Assembly (NCBI GenBank): GCA_041651155.1
Contig: JBAZJU010000001.1
Location: forward strand, 27,932 to 91,931
Source: Patescibacteria group bacterium
Lineage (GTDB): Bacteria > Patescibacteriota > Patescibacteriia > CAIXNZ01
DNA: 64,000 nucleotides
Reading direction: 5' to 3'
In this document: positions 38,131 to 48,226 of the stretch, one piece after another
How positions within the stretch are numbered: the first letter of the stretch is position 1
Layout: each line of letters begins with the position of its first letter
Made by a program: the position numbers and the translations under genes
Notes under the pieces: generated by a model
Seen by the model: the letters and a program-made list of their open reading frames with translations, nothing else
Told to the model about the DNA's origin: nothing
Databases searched by the model: none

Positions 38131-38289
38131 AATTATCTCAAATTCAAAGCGTCTGCCAATTTTATTATATAATATTTTTACTCTTAACACAAGTTTATTG
38201 ACATTGTTTTCCTATTCTGTAAATATTAAGGCAAGTAAAACGGGGGCCAATTATGGTCCTTTTAAAATTTCAAGAAGGAGGTAGGTGAA

Positions 38290-39627
38290 ATGGCAGAGTT
38301 CAAGGTTTTGCTGATTGGTTCGGGAGGCAGGGAGTATGCTTATTTAAGAAAGCTACTTCAAGCCTCGGAGGTGTTTGTTCATGTTGCTCCGGGCTTAAGC
38401 GGCATGCTGTATTTTCTTAATGAGGAAGAGCGCAGCCGGGTTAAGCTTTATCCGGAAGTAAAAGCAACTGACGTTAAGGCGATTTTGCAACTGGCGCAAA
38501 CAATCATGCCCGATCTGGTTGTGGTCGGGCCTGAAACGCCGCTAATCTTCGGCCAGGCTGATGAATTGCTCGCCAAGGGCTTGAAGGTTGTCGGCTTTAC
38601 GGCCAAGGGCGCGGAACTGGAAAACAATAAGGCCATGGCTAAAGCAGTTTATCAGCAGCTTGGTGAGCCGACTGCTCCGGGCAAGCTGGTGCTAAGCCTG
38701 CCAGAAGCCATTCCTTTTATTGAGCAATGCCGCCGTGATGGCATTCCTTTAGCTTGCAAAACCAACCACGAAGCAGCGGGCAAGGGCGTTATTGTTCCGT
38801 CGCCCGAAGGCCAGGATGGCAAAGATCACTGGACCTTGGTGGAAGAAACCCTGGTTCAAATGTTTGATCCTAAAAAGCCTCTTGGCTTTTTGTCCAAAGC
38901 CGTCTTGCTGGAGCATTGCTACCGCTCGTTGAGAGAGTGGTCAGCCATGTACTTGCTGGGCAAGAATGGCTTTTGTTTGCCCTGGATGCCAACTAAGGAC
39001 CACAAACTGCTGCACGGCAATAACACTGGCGGCATGGGCATTGTTACCCCGGCGCCGGGATTTTCCATGGCTGACATGAACAAGCGATTGGGAATAATTG
39101 CCAAAGTGCGTCAATATCTGGCAGACAGATTTGGCATTGAGCTCTGCGGAATCCTTTACGAAGGATTGAATCGCATTGGCCTGATCGATTATCTGCTGGA
39201 AACAAATATCCGCGGCGGTGATCCAGAAACCCAAGCCCAGCTGGAATATATTCTGGGAGTGGCTTTCCACGAACTGCTTTTGGCAGCATGCGAAGGCAAT
39301 ACCGGCATTTTAAGCCAAGTAAAAGTGCCAGAAGACATGGTATCAGTTGGCGTGGTCATGGCTTCCACGGGTTATCCAGGTGATTATTCTGCCCAAAAAG
39401 GCAAGGAAATCATCATTCCCCGAGATCTACCGGAAAACGTAATTATCCATCCTGCTGGCCTGGTCTTGGAAGACAACAAACTGAAGATTGCTGGCGGCCG
39501 AGTATTAATGGTTTCTGCCAAAAGAAAAACAATACCCGAAGCCAGGGACATTGTGTACAAAGTGGTCAAGGAAATACAACATGACGGTGCTTTAGACTGG
39601 CGCGAGGATATTGGCATCGCTGCCTAA
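38290..39627 (+). CDS. purD: Divergent phosphoribosylamine--glycine ligase (ATP-grasp)
   Basis: IGSGGREYA, VGPE.PL, AAGKGV, DHK...NTGGMG, N.R.GDPETQ, GYPG.Y, GGRVL. Confidence 0.8.
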   Translation: MAEFKVLLIGSGGREYAYLRKLLQASEVFVHVAPGLSGMLYFLNEEERSRVKLYPEVKATDVKAILQLAQTIMPDLVVVGPETPLIFGQADELLAKGLKVVGFTAKGAELENNKAMAKAVYQQLGEPTAPGKLVLSLPEAIPFIEQCRRDGIPLACKTNHEAAGKGVIVPSPEGQDGKDHWTLVEETLVQMFDPKKPLGFLSKAVLLEHCYRSLREWSAMYLLGKNGFCLPWMPTKDHKLLHGNNTGGMGIVTPAPGFSMADMNKRLGIIAKVRQYLADRFGIELCGILYEGLNRIGLIDYLLETNIRGGDPETQAQLEYILGVAFHELLLAACEGNTGILSQVKVPEDMVSVGVVMASTGYPGDYSAQKGKEIIIPRDLPENVIIHPAGLVLEDNKLKIAGGRVLMVSAKRKTIPEARDIVYKVVKEIQHDGALDWREDIGIAA

Positions 39628-39683
39628 ACTTACATAAACACAAAAGGTCGGATTAAAACCCGGCCTTTTCTTTTTGAAAATTT

Positions 39684-39872
39684 TTATTCTTCAATACTAA
39701 TACACTGCACTGGACAGGCATCAACTGCCTGGTCAATTTTGTCTTTAAACGGCGCGTAATCTGGCATTTCTTTGACCTGGCTTTTGCCGTCATCTAAATG
39801 AAAGACTTCAGGGCAAAGGCCTTCGCAGGTGCCGCAGCCAATGCAGAGCTCTTGGTTGACGATTGGTTTCAT
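39684..39872 (-). CDS. Monocluster ferredoxin
   Basis: CIGCGTC...CPEVF...ACPVQCI. Confidence 0.92.
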   Translation of the reverse strand: MKPIVNQELCIGCGTCEGLCPEVFHLDDGKSQVKEMPDYAPFKDKIDQAVDACPVQCISIEE

Positions 39873-40032
39873 ATTAAATAAATGATTTCCGCCAAAGGCG
39901 GATCAGCCTCTGGCTGAAAATTGTTAGGTTGTTAGTACTCTTTATAGTATGGTAGCAATTTTTATAGGTTTAGACAAGATGGTTGTTTTTTGTTATTATT
40001 ATAAGAGAATTAAATTTTAAGCCAAAACCAGC

Positions 40033-40287
40033 ATGTTATTTGTTAGAATATTTGGAGTAGTTTTATTTATCTTGGGTCCAGTCTTAGTTTTTAAATCTGA
40101 ATGGTTTTTGGAAAACTTTGGACGCATTGAATGGGCGGAAAAACACTTGAGCACAGAAGGCGGGACTCGTGTTTTCTATAAAATTTTAGGCTTGATTTTC
40201 ATGTTTTTCGGCTTAACCATGATTTTTAATCTGTTTGGCGGCATTGTTTTGTGGATTTTTTCACCTTTGCTGCCTAAAGGACAATAA
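40033..40287 (+). CDS. Small membrane protein
   Basis: Two hydrophobic segments around FGRIEWAEKHL. Confidence 0.7.
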   Translation: MLFVRIFGVVLFILGPVLVFKSEWFLENFGRIEWAEKHLSTEGGTRVFYKILGLIFMFFGLTMIFNLFGGIVLWIFSPLLPKGQ

Positions 40288-40318
40288 TTTTTAATCTTAA
40301 TTTTTTTATTTTAAAAAT

Positions 40319-40870
40319 ATGCCAGTTTCAGGCGGCGCTCAATTTCTTAATCCAAAAGAAATTTTGGGAAAACTTCAAATTACTGAGGGCATGACGATTG
40401 CAGATTTGGGTTGCGGAAATTTGGGTTATTTTATAATCCCGGCAGCCAAACTAATAGGCAAAGAAGGCAAGGCTTATGCCGTAGATATCCAAAAATCTGT
40501 TTTGGACGCGGTTGTTAGCCGGGCGAAACTTGATTCTTTGACCAATATTGAGACTATTTGGTCTAATCTGGAAGATGCTGGTTCAACTAAAATTCCAAGT
40601 GGCACCGTAGATATTGCAATTTTAGTCAATATTTTATTCCAAAATAAAAAGAAAAAGGAGATCATCTATGAGGCTGCGCGTATTTTGAGAAATGGCGGCA
40701 AGGTGATTATTATTGACTGGAAAAAAATTGGCATCCCATTTGGTCCGCCCGTAGAATTACGAGTTGAGCCAAATGTTATAAAAAGCTGGGCGACTGAATT
40801 GAGGTTGCGGTTAATAGAAGAAACTGAATTTGGTGATTATTTCTGGGGCTTAATATTTGAAAAAATTTAA
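40319..40870 (+). CDS. Class I SAM methyltransferase
   Basis: ADLGCG..GYF, AVDI, RILR.GG, IDW, GPP. Confidence 0.88.
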   Translation: MPVSGGAQFLNPKEILGKLQITEGMTIADLGCGNLGYFIIPAAKLIGKEGKAYAVDIQKSVLDAVVSRAKLDSLTNIETIWSNLEDAGSTKIPSGTVDIAILVNILFQNKKKKEIIYEAARILRNGGKVIIIDWKKIGIPFGPPVELRVEPNVIKSWATELRLRLIEETEFGDYFWGLIFEKI

Positions 40871-40893
40871 CTTACTAATAATTTTAGCAATTT

Positions 40894-41319
40894 ATGATTT
40901 TCTTAGGAATTGATTGGGGGAAGATTTTTTCCGTACCTTTTTGGTTAGATGTTAATCCAGGCGAATTGTCAGCACGTTTTGAGCAGATGTTTCTGGTTGT
41001 TTTAGCTGTGAGCTATTTAATTTACGGTCTGAGCAAACTGATGGCCAAGAGATTAAAAATAAAACGCGAGTTTGTGCGCGCTAAGTTTTGGGTAAAGGTG
41101 GGTAATTTTTGTCTGACCATGGCCATTTCCTTTACTTTTATTTTCTTTTTTCGTTATGAAGCAATTCCGGTTTTGGGCGGCAGGTTTTGGATTTTTATCT
41201 GGCTGCTGATGGGTGTGATCTGGCTGGTTTATTTAATCAGGTATTATTTTGTCGTCATGAAAAAACAGCTAAGAGAGCTGAATGAAAAGCAGAAATTAAA
41301 TAAATACTTAAAAAAATAA
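40894..41319 (+). CDS. Membrane protein with 3 TM segments
   Basis: Hydrophobic segments; KYL tail. Confidence 0.7.
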   Translation: MIFLGIDWGKIFSVPFWLDVNPGELSARFEQMFLVVLAVSYLIYGLSKLMAKRLKIKREFVRAKFWVKVGNFCLTMAISFTFIFFFRYEAIPVLGGRFWIFIWLLMGVIWLVYLIRYYFVVMKKQLRELNEKQKLNKYLKK

Positions 41320-41358
41320 GATAAGAATAGGCCGGGTTGGCCTATTTTTATATTACAG

Positions 41359-41715
41359 ATGTCTTATAAACAAAATATCGGCAAATATGGGCAAGAAGTG
41401 GCTAGAAAATGGCTGCAAGCCAGGGATTATAATTTTTTAGCTGCAAATTTTTCCACCAGGCATGGCGAGCTTGATTTAATTTTTGAAAAAAATAAGCAGA
41501 TAATTTTTGTGGAGGTTAAAACACGCTTGTCTGATAAATTTGGCCTGCCCGAAGAAGCGGTCACAGAACAAAAGAAAGCCAAAATGTCTGAAGCAGGCTT
41601 AAAATATCTGGCAGCCAATCAAATTGCTAGTGATAATTATCGTTTTGACATTGTGGCAGTGGAAATAGATAAAGCTAATAAAAAAGCGAAAATTAGGCAC
41701 CATAAGGGGATTTAA
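41359..41715 (+). CDS. yraN: YraN family (UPF0102) nuclease-like protein
   Basis: GELDLI, FVEVKTR, PEEAVT..K, RFDIVAV. Confidence 0.93.
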   Translation: MSYKQNIGKYGQEVARKWLQARDYNFLAANFSTRHGELDLIFEKNKQIIFVEVKTRLSDKFGLPEEAVTEQKKAKMSEAGLKYLAANQIASDNYRFDIVAVEIDKANKKAKIRHHKGI

Positions 41716-42016
41716 GAAATTTTTAATATTAAATTTTTAATTTTTAATCAATTAATAAATGACTAAATTTTTAATTAAATTTCAATTTCTAAATTCTAAA
41801 TACTGTTTCAGAGTTTGAAATTTGCAAACTGAATTATTGTTATTTATTTGGGATTTGGTATTTGTGGATTTAATTGAAAATGACAAATGACAAAACTCAA
41901 AAGACAAAATAAATATAAAGTTCAAATAATAAAATTTTGTTATTTAAATTTTGGGCTTTGAAATTTTTTTGTCTTTTGTCTTTATAATTTTGTCATTCTT
42001 TACAAAATACGTGCTG

Positions 42017-42045
42017 TTGACATAAAAGTTTTTACCAGGTATAAT
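42017..42045 (+). promoter_or_regulatory. Consensus sigma70 promoter of nusA
   Basis: TTGACA-17-TATAAT. Confidence 0.75.
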
Positions 42046-42207
42046 ACAATCAAGCTAGTTTAATGTATTTTAAACTAGTTATTTTAATAAGTGGTAAGAG
42101 GAAATAGGTAATACGTAATAGGTAGCAAGGTATTGGTGAATATTAAAATTTATTTTTTTCCTTTCCGTATTACATATTTCTTATATCTAATATCTAATTT
42201 CAAGCAT

Positions 42208-43572
42208 ATGGATTTACAATCAATACAACAGGCAGTAAAGCAGATTGCCTCTGAAAAAGGCCTGTCAGAGGCAGCAATAATGGAAACTATTAATTCAGCC
42301 TTGGCCGCGGCTTATCGCAAGGATTTTGGCCAGAAAAACCAGAATATTATTTTTGAGTTTGATGTTAAAAGCGGCAAAATGAGGGTTTATGATAAAAAAA
42401 TCGTGGTTGATTTTCCTGCAGAATTTATTAAAAAAATAGATGAAAACGGCCGTGATAAAAAGTATGTGGAGGAGCTTGAGGAAGGCGCTGTTTTACCAGA
42501 AGGCCAGGAACCTCTGAAATTCAATCCCAAAAATGAAGTTTTGCTGGAAGATGCCAAAAAAATTAATAAAAAAATAAAAGTTGGTGAAGAATTAATTGTG
42601 GACCTGGAAATTCCAGCTGATTTTGGCCGCATGGCTGCGCAAACAGCCAAACAGGTGATTATCCAAAAAATCAGGGAATCTGAAAGAGAAACAATTTTTA
42701 ATGAATATAAGCAGAAAGAAGGTCAGTTAATAACAGGCACGATTCAAAGAAGGGAAATGGCCGGACTTTTAATTGATTTGGGCAAGATTACCGCTTTGAT
42801 GCCATTTGAAGAACAAGTCAGAAATGAGCGTTATGTTCCCGGGGAAAGAATGAAATTTTATATTGCCAGGGTGGAAATGACAATAAAAGGCCCTGAAATT
42901 ATAGTTTCCCGTTCAAGCTCAGAATTAATCAAAAAATTATTTGAATCAGAAATACCAGAAATTAATGCAGGCTCAATTGAGGTGATGTCTATTGCCCGCG
43001 AAGCAGGCTTTCGTTCAAAAGTGGCTGTCAAAAGCAATCAGGAAAATATAGATCCGATTGGTTCATGCGTTGGCCAGCGTGGCGCCAGAATTCAGACTAT
43101 TATCAATGAGCTGGGCGGTGAAAAAATTGATATTATTGAATGGAATGAGGAACCTCATAAATTTATCAGCAATGCCTTATCACCGGCTAAAGTCGTAAGC
43201 TTGGATATTTCTGAAAAAGATAAAACAGCTTCAGTCACTGTTCGTGAGGATCAGCTTTCTTTAGCAATCGGCAGGGAGGGCCAAAATGTTAGGCTGGCTG
43301 CCAAATTAACCGGCTGGAAAATAAATATTGTCAAAGAAACCCCAAGCGGTGAAAAAGAAGAAGTCGTGGCTGTTGATGGGGCTGGCACGCCTGTTCTGGA
43401 ACCTGAAAAAACAGAGGAATCAAAAGACGCTAAAAAAGATGAAAAGAAAAAAGCCAAAAAGGCTGCCAAGGAAAAAAAGGTGAAAAAATCAGAAACTAAG
43501 AAAAAATCTCCCAAAGCCGAGCCAGAAGAAACAAAATCTGAAGAAGCAAAAGAGCAACAAAAAGAGGATTAA
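42208..43572 (+). CDS. nusA: Transcription termination/antitermination factor NusA
   Basis: FGRMAAQTAKQVI.QK.RE, S1 and KH domains (AREAG.RSK, LSLAIGREGQNVRLAAKLTGW); Lys/Glu-rich tail. Confidence 0.97.
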   Translation: MDLQSIQQAVKQIASEKGLSEAAIMETINSALAAAYRKDFGQKNQNIIFEFDVKSGKMRVYDKKIVVDFPAEFIKKIDENGRDKKYVEELEEGAVLPEGQEPLKFNPKNEVLLEDAKKINKKIKVGEELIVDLEIPADFGRMAAQTAKQVIIQKIRESERETIFNEYKQKEGQLITGTIQRREMAGLLIDLGKITALMPFEEQVRNERYVPGERMKFYIARVEMTIKGPEIIVSRSSSELIKKLFESEIPEINAGSIEVMSIAREAGFRSKVAVKSNQENIDPIGSCVGQRGARIQTIINELGGEKIDIIEWNEEPHKFISNALSPAKVVSLDISEKDKTASVTVREDQLSLAIGREGQNVRLAAKLTGWKINIVKETPSGEKEEVVAVDGAGTPVLEPEKTEESKDAKKDEKKKAKKAAKEKKVKKSETKKKSPKAEPEETKSEEAKEQQKED

Positions 43573-43619
43573 GAATTTCAGATTTTTGCTTTCAGATTTC
43601 ATAATTCATAATTTATCAA

Positions 43620-44375
43620 ATGTCTTATCTAATCTACGTTTACAACTTAATTTTTTATCAGCCGCTTTTTAATGGCTTGATTTGGCTTTATAATGTTTTG
43701 CCTGGCCATGACATTGGCATAGCGATTTTAGTTTTGACTGTGGCAATCCGCGTAATCCTTTTCCCGCTTTATTACCAGTCAATCAAATCGCAAAAAGCTT
43801 TACAGGATATTCAGCCCAAAGTTGATGCTTTGAAAAAACAGTATGCCAATGATAAGGAAAAAATGGCGCAGGAAATGATGAATTTGTATAAGCAAGATAA
43901 AGTCAATCCTTTTTCATCATGCCTGCCGCTCTTGATTCAATTTCCATTTTTAATTGCTGTTTATCAGGTCTTTAGACAAGGCTTAAGCTCGCAGGGTTTT
44001 GAAATGCTTTATTCTTTTGTGGCTCAGCCAGATAAAATCAACCCCATATTTTTGGGCTTTGTTAATTTAGCTGTTCCTAGTTTGGCGCTGGCAGTCTTGG
44101 CTGGCGCGGCTCAATTCTGGCAAACAAAAATGCTGATGGCCAAAAAGCCGCCTTTAGTAAATCAGAAAGAAATAAAAGGTTCAGGAGATGAAAAAACTTT
44201 GGCTGTGATGAATAAGCAAATGCTGTATTTTATGCCGATTTTTACTGTCATTATTGGCGCCAGTTTGCCGGCTGGATTAACATTGTATTGGTTTACCACG
44301 ACATTGCTCATGGCCTTGCAGCAGCTGTGGATGTTTGGACGACATAAGAAAACTGAAACACCTGCCTCCGTTTAA
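43620..44375 (+). CDS. yidC: Membrane protein insertase YidC/Oxa1
   Basis: IRVILFPL, QPK...LK, NPFSSCLPLLIQFP, GLTLYW. Confidence 0.95.
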   Translation: MSYLIYVYNLIFYQPLFNGLIWLYNVLPGHDIGIAILVLTVAIRVILFPLYYQSIKSQKALQDIQPKVDALKKQYANDKEKMAQEMMNLYKQDKVNPFSSCLPLLIQFPFLIAVYQVFRQGLSSQGFEMLYSFVAQPDKINPIFLGFVNLAVPSLALAVLAGAAQFWQTKMLMAKKPPLVNQKEIKGSGDEKTLAVMNKQMLYFMPIFTVIIGASLPAGLTLYWFTTTLLMALQQLWMFGRHKKTETPASV

Positions 44376-44431
44376 AACTTCGGTCTTCACCGACTGAAGT
44401 CGGTTTCGACCGACGAAGGTCGGCAGGCAGG
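44361..44431. repeat. Composite REP-like palindrome overlapping the yidC stop
   Basis: CCTGCC...GGCAGGCAGG ends enclosing CTTCGGTC and CCGACTGAAGTCGG hairpins. Confidence 0.65.
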
Positions 44432-44539
44432 CTAAAATAATTCACAAAAACACACGAAAACTTGACGATTTTTTGAGTAGGGGAAGTATAGGAAATTAAT
44501 TTTTGTATATTTGTATTTAATTTGTAGTTTTGTAGTGCT

Positions 44540-44860
44540 ATGCTTATTAACCAAAAGCAATTAAAGAAGATCAGAGTAGAAACGCAAAGCGGGCAGTTTT
44601 TGGGTTATGTTTCAGATTTTGAATTGGAAACAGAGACTGGCATAATTGAAAAATATCTGGTCAGAAGCAACAATTTGATGTCAGGACTTTTTGAAGGCAA
44701 ATTAATTATTCATAAAAGGCAGATTATAAATTTTGATGATGAAAAAATGGTTGTAGAAGATGCGGCGCTGAAAGAAAAAATCGGGCACAAAGCTTTTGAA
44801 AAAGTAGAAAATGTAGAAGGAATTGAACCGGTAATTTCTAGCGAAATTAATAACCAATGA
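44540..44860 (+). CDS. PRC-barrel domain protein
   Basis: V.T.SG..LG.V.D.E.E..TG.I pattern. Confidence 0.85.
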   Translation: MLINQKQLKKIRVETQSGQFLGYVSDFELETETGIIEKYLVRSNNLMSGLFEGKLIIHKRQIINFDDEKMVVEDAALKEKIGHKAFEKVENVEGIEPVISSEINNQ

Positions 44861-44982
44861 ATAAAAGTTCCAAATAACAAATAAATTATAAATTCTAAAT
44901 CCAAATAATTAAAAATTGTTTTAAGATTTGATTATTGGGATTTATTTGGAGCTTGGAATTTGAAGTTTGTGATTTTCCAGAT

Positions 44983-45951
44983 ATGTTTAACCTAAACTAC
45001 TTAGAACTCTTTATACTAAACACAATTATCTATTTTGATCTTTTTGATTACCCCTTAACTTTAAATGAAATTTATACTCATCTTTTTACAGGCGGCATGG
45101 TCGGCAGTAATTATTCTTTAACTGAAATTGCCAGTGAATTAAAAACAAATCCTAAGCTTAATAAAATAATAGCCACTGAACGTGGTTTTTATTTTTTGCA
45201 AAATCGGCAGAAAATAATTCAAACGCGTTTAGGGCGTTATGTCTTGGCAGAAAAAAAATGGAAAATTGCGCTATGGGCCGGCCGAATTTTTAAATACCTG
45301 CCCTTTGTAAAATTAATTGCGGTCTGCAACAGCCTGGCCTATAACAATGCCAAAATTTCCAGTGATATTGATTTTTTTATAGTGACAGCAAAAAATAGAA
45401 TCTGGCAGACTCGTTTATTTTTAATTTTTACCATTGCTGTGCTGGGTTTGCGGCCGCCAAAAAATAAACAGCCTGATAAAATTTGCCTGAGCTTTTATTT
45501 GGCTGAAGATGATTTGGATTTAACAAAAATAAAAATCGCGTCCGAAGATATTTATCTGGTATTTTGGCTGGCTACTTTGCTGCCTATATATATGAGAGAT
45601 GAAATGTATGACCAGTTAATTGCGGCTAATCCTTGGCTTAATAAATATCTGCCCAACTGGCAGCCGGTTAAACCAAGCCTCAGGCGCAGAATTGAAGATA
45701 ATAAATTTAGTAAGTTTGTTTATCAGGCCAGAGAATTTATCTTGCAAAGCTGGCTGGGAGATTGGCTGGAAAATCTGGCAAGGCAACTGCAAATCAAGCA
45801 TATGTCGCAAAAGAAAAAGGATTTAGCTGTTTTGGGTGATAAACGGGTAATTATTTCAGATACGATTTTAAAATTTCATGAAAACGACCGGCGGGCGGAA
45901 TATCAGGAAAAATTTGAGAAAAAGAGGGAAGAATTATTAAAAAATATATAA
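44983..45951 (+). CDS. Hypothetical protein with nucleotidyltransferase-like motif
   Basis: YFDLFDYPLT, SLA....SDIDFFIV, RIW. Confidence 0.7.
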   Translation: MFNLNYLELFILNTIIYFDLFDYPLTLNEIYTHLFTGGMVGSNYSLTEIASELKTNPKLNKIIATERGFYFLQNRQKIIQTRLGRYVLAEKKWKIALWAGRIFKYLPFVKLIAVCNSLAYNNAKISSDIDFFIVTAKNRIWQTRLFLIFTIAVLGLRPPKNKQPDKICLSFYLAEDDLDLTKIKIASEDIYLVFWLATLLPIYMRDEMYDQLIAANPWLNKYLPNWQPVKPSLRRRIEDNKFSKFVYQAREFILQSWLGDWLENLARQLQIKHMSQKKKDLAVLGDKRVIISDTILKFHENDRRAEYQEKFEKKREELLKNI

Positions 45952-46021
45952 AATAAAAAAGCCGGCTCATCCATTTGGACAAGCCGGTTTTGAATTTTTA
46001 TTTGTTGTTCAATTATTTCGG

Positions 46022-46621
46022 TCAATAATCCGGCCCTTGGAGTTCAGGGCAAGGATACTTCCATGCTGATTGGTGTTTTATGTGGTCATTGAGGCTTTCG
46101 AGACAATTGTGATTGGGATCAACGCCGCTTGTTTCCTGGCTTATCGCTTGAGCCCCGTTTTCATCGCTTAGGTGCAAGGCAAGGCTACTGACCTTTGCAT
46201 TGCAGACAGGGTCTGGGTTGAGTTGGCCATCTTTGCCAATGTAGAAAGAACCGTAAGGAAATTGGTTGGGCTGAATTCCACCCAGACAAAAGCTGTTGAT
46301 CAACTCTTTCCCGATATGCATTCCTTCAATACTCACCTGACCATCCAGAACATAACCTATGGTATAGGTCTCATTCTTATTGCGCAAGTAGTATCTCACG
46401 AGTTTGCCGTCGGTCGCTTTGACATAACTCATTCTTGACTCGTACGGTGATGCAATCCCCGAGGTAGTCAATGAGCCATAAAGGCCGATGGTATGCTCCC
46501 CGCCGGGAAGTTCAATGGAGAACCTTATGAGCCTGTACTGGGTTATCAGAATCAAGATGATCGCCACTAGTGGAATGCTAATTAATAACCGCCACTTTAA
46601 CGCTGTTATATCTACTAACAT
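46022..46621 (-). CDS. Orphan membrane-anchored protein
   Basis: SD AAGGAGG; N-terminal TM. Confidence 0.6.
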   Translation of the reverse strand: MLVDITALKWRLLISIPLVAIILILITQYRLIRFSIELPGGEHTIGLYGSLTTSGIASPYESRMSYVKATDGKLVRYYLRNKNETYTIGYVLDGQVSIEGMHIGKELINSFCLGGIQPNQFPYGSFYIGKDGQLNPDPVCNAKVSSLALHLSDENGAQAISQETSGVDPNHNCLESLNDHIKHQSAWKYPCPELQGPDY

Positions 46622-46758
46622 TTCCTTCCTCCTTAAATTTTGAAAGAATTAATCGCTAAATTAGCGATTTTGAGACCATCTAGGTCATTTGATAGTTTAG
46701 CATTTTTAAAGGTGTTTGTCAAGAGTGTGGGATTTTCTTGTTTTGGTATAATTAACTT

Positions 46759-48150
46759 ATGCCCAAATTCGCCAAAACAATTGAATATCTTTTTTACCTT
46801 TTTATTTTTTCTTTACCCTGGCAAACCAGGTGGATTTGGCATTATGGCAGTTTAAATGGGGGGCAAAGCGAATATCTGACTTTTAGTTTGTATGCTACGG
46901 AAATTCTGCTTTGGCTGATTTTGTTTTTGACAATAATTTACAAAATTAAAATTAAGGATGAGGAAGCCGGGATTTTAAATTATAAAATTCTGGATTTTTA
47001 TATTTTATTTGGCTTGTTAGTAATTGTATCGGGCTTATCAATAATTTGGGCTCAAGATAAACAAGTGGCATTTTATTATTTAATAAAAATGCTGGAAGGC
47101 TTGGCGCTGCTGATTTTTATTATTAATTTTAAGCTTAGTTTTAAAAAAGTTGGCTTAGCAATTGTCGCCTCTGGTTTTGTCCAGGGAGTTTTAGCAATCT
47201 CCCAATTTGTATCTCAAAAAGTTTGGGTTAGCAAATGGCTGGGCATGGCTGAACAGCTGACGCAAACACTCGGGACTTCAGTAGTTGAAGCAAATGGAAC
47301 AAGATGGTTGCGCGCGTATGGTTCTTTTGCCCATCCTAATATCTTGGCTGGTTGTTTAGTTGTCAGTTGTTTGTTTTTAGTTGTCTTATTAATCTTGTCC
47401 AAACACAAATGGGAAAAAGTTTTTTTGTGGATTTGCTGGCCAATAATCTTGGCTGGTTTATTTTTTACTTTTTCCAAAAGCGCATTTTTAGCCTTGGGAA
47501 TTGGCTTTCTGTTTTTAAGCATATTTATTTTTTTAAGTTATGAAAATAAAGCTAAAATTATTTTGAGCCAGTTAATTGGCAGCGGATTTTTGGTTTTGGC
47601 TGTTTTGACTTTATTTTACAGCCAGTCGGTTTTTACGCGTATAAATGGGGAGGAGAGGCTGGAACAAAAATCAATGACTGAACGCACTCTTTATTTTGAA
47701 CAAGCCAAAGATTTAATTCAGGCCAATTGGCTTAAAGGCGTTGGCTTGGGCAATTATACTTTAGCTTTATTTAATTATTTGCCAGCCAAACAGCCTGTCT
47801 GGTTTTATCAGCCTGTACATAATGTTTATGTTTTGGCAGCGGTTGAGCTGGGCATTTTAGGTTTTATAATTTTTGTGTTGATCATTATTAATATTTTAAG
47901 AAAAATTTGGGATTTTAAAATTGATTATAATCTGAAATTGCTGGCTATTTTTCGGAATTTTAAATCTAAGGAAATATATCATCACTATAAAAATCATTTT
48001 TTCTGGTTTTTGGGTCTTACAGGAGTTTTGATCGCGATTTTAATTTTAATGGCCTTTGATCATTTTTTTTGGACAATGTGGTTTGGGATTGCGTTGTGGT
48101 GGATGTGTTTGGGGTTGTGGTTGAAGGGGACACAAATTAACACGAATTGA
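46759..48150 (+). CDS. O-antigen ligase (Wzy_C) family protein
   Basis: RAYGSFAHPN, TFSKSA, GVGLGNY, PVHN.Y....ELG, DH. Confidence 0.9.
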   Translation: MPKFAKTIEYLFYLFIFSLPWQTRWIWHYGSLNGGQSEYLTFSLYATEILLWLILFLTIIYKIKIKDEEAGILNYKILDFYILFGLLVIVSGLSIIWAQDKQVAFYYLIKMLEGLALLIFIINFKLSFKKVGLAIVASGFVQGVLAISQFVSQKVWVSKWLGMAEQLTQTLGTSVVEANGTRWLRAYGSFAHPNILAGCLVVSCLFLVVLLILSKHKWEKVFLWICWPIILAGLFFTFSKSAFLALGIGFLFLSIFIFLSYENKAKIILSQLIGSGFLVLAVLTLFYSQSVFTRINGEERLEQKSMTERTLYFEQAKDLIQANWLKGVGLGNYTLALFNYLPAKQPVWFYQPVHNVYVLAAVELGILGFIIFVLIIINILRKIWDFKIDYNLKLLAIFRNFKSKEIYHHYKNHFFWFLGLTGVLIAILILMAFDHFFWTMWFGIALWWMCLGLWLKGTQINTN

Positions 48151-48226
48151 AAACGAATTTAGGAAAATAAAAAACCCGCCGTTGCTTCTTTTGAAGTTCC
48201 GGCGGGTGATTTGTTGAAGCAGTTAA

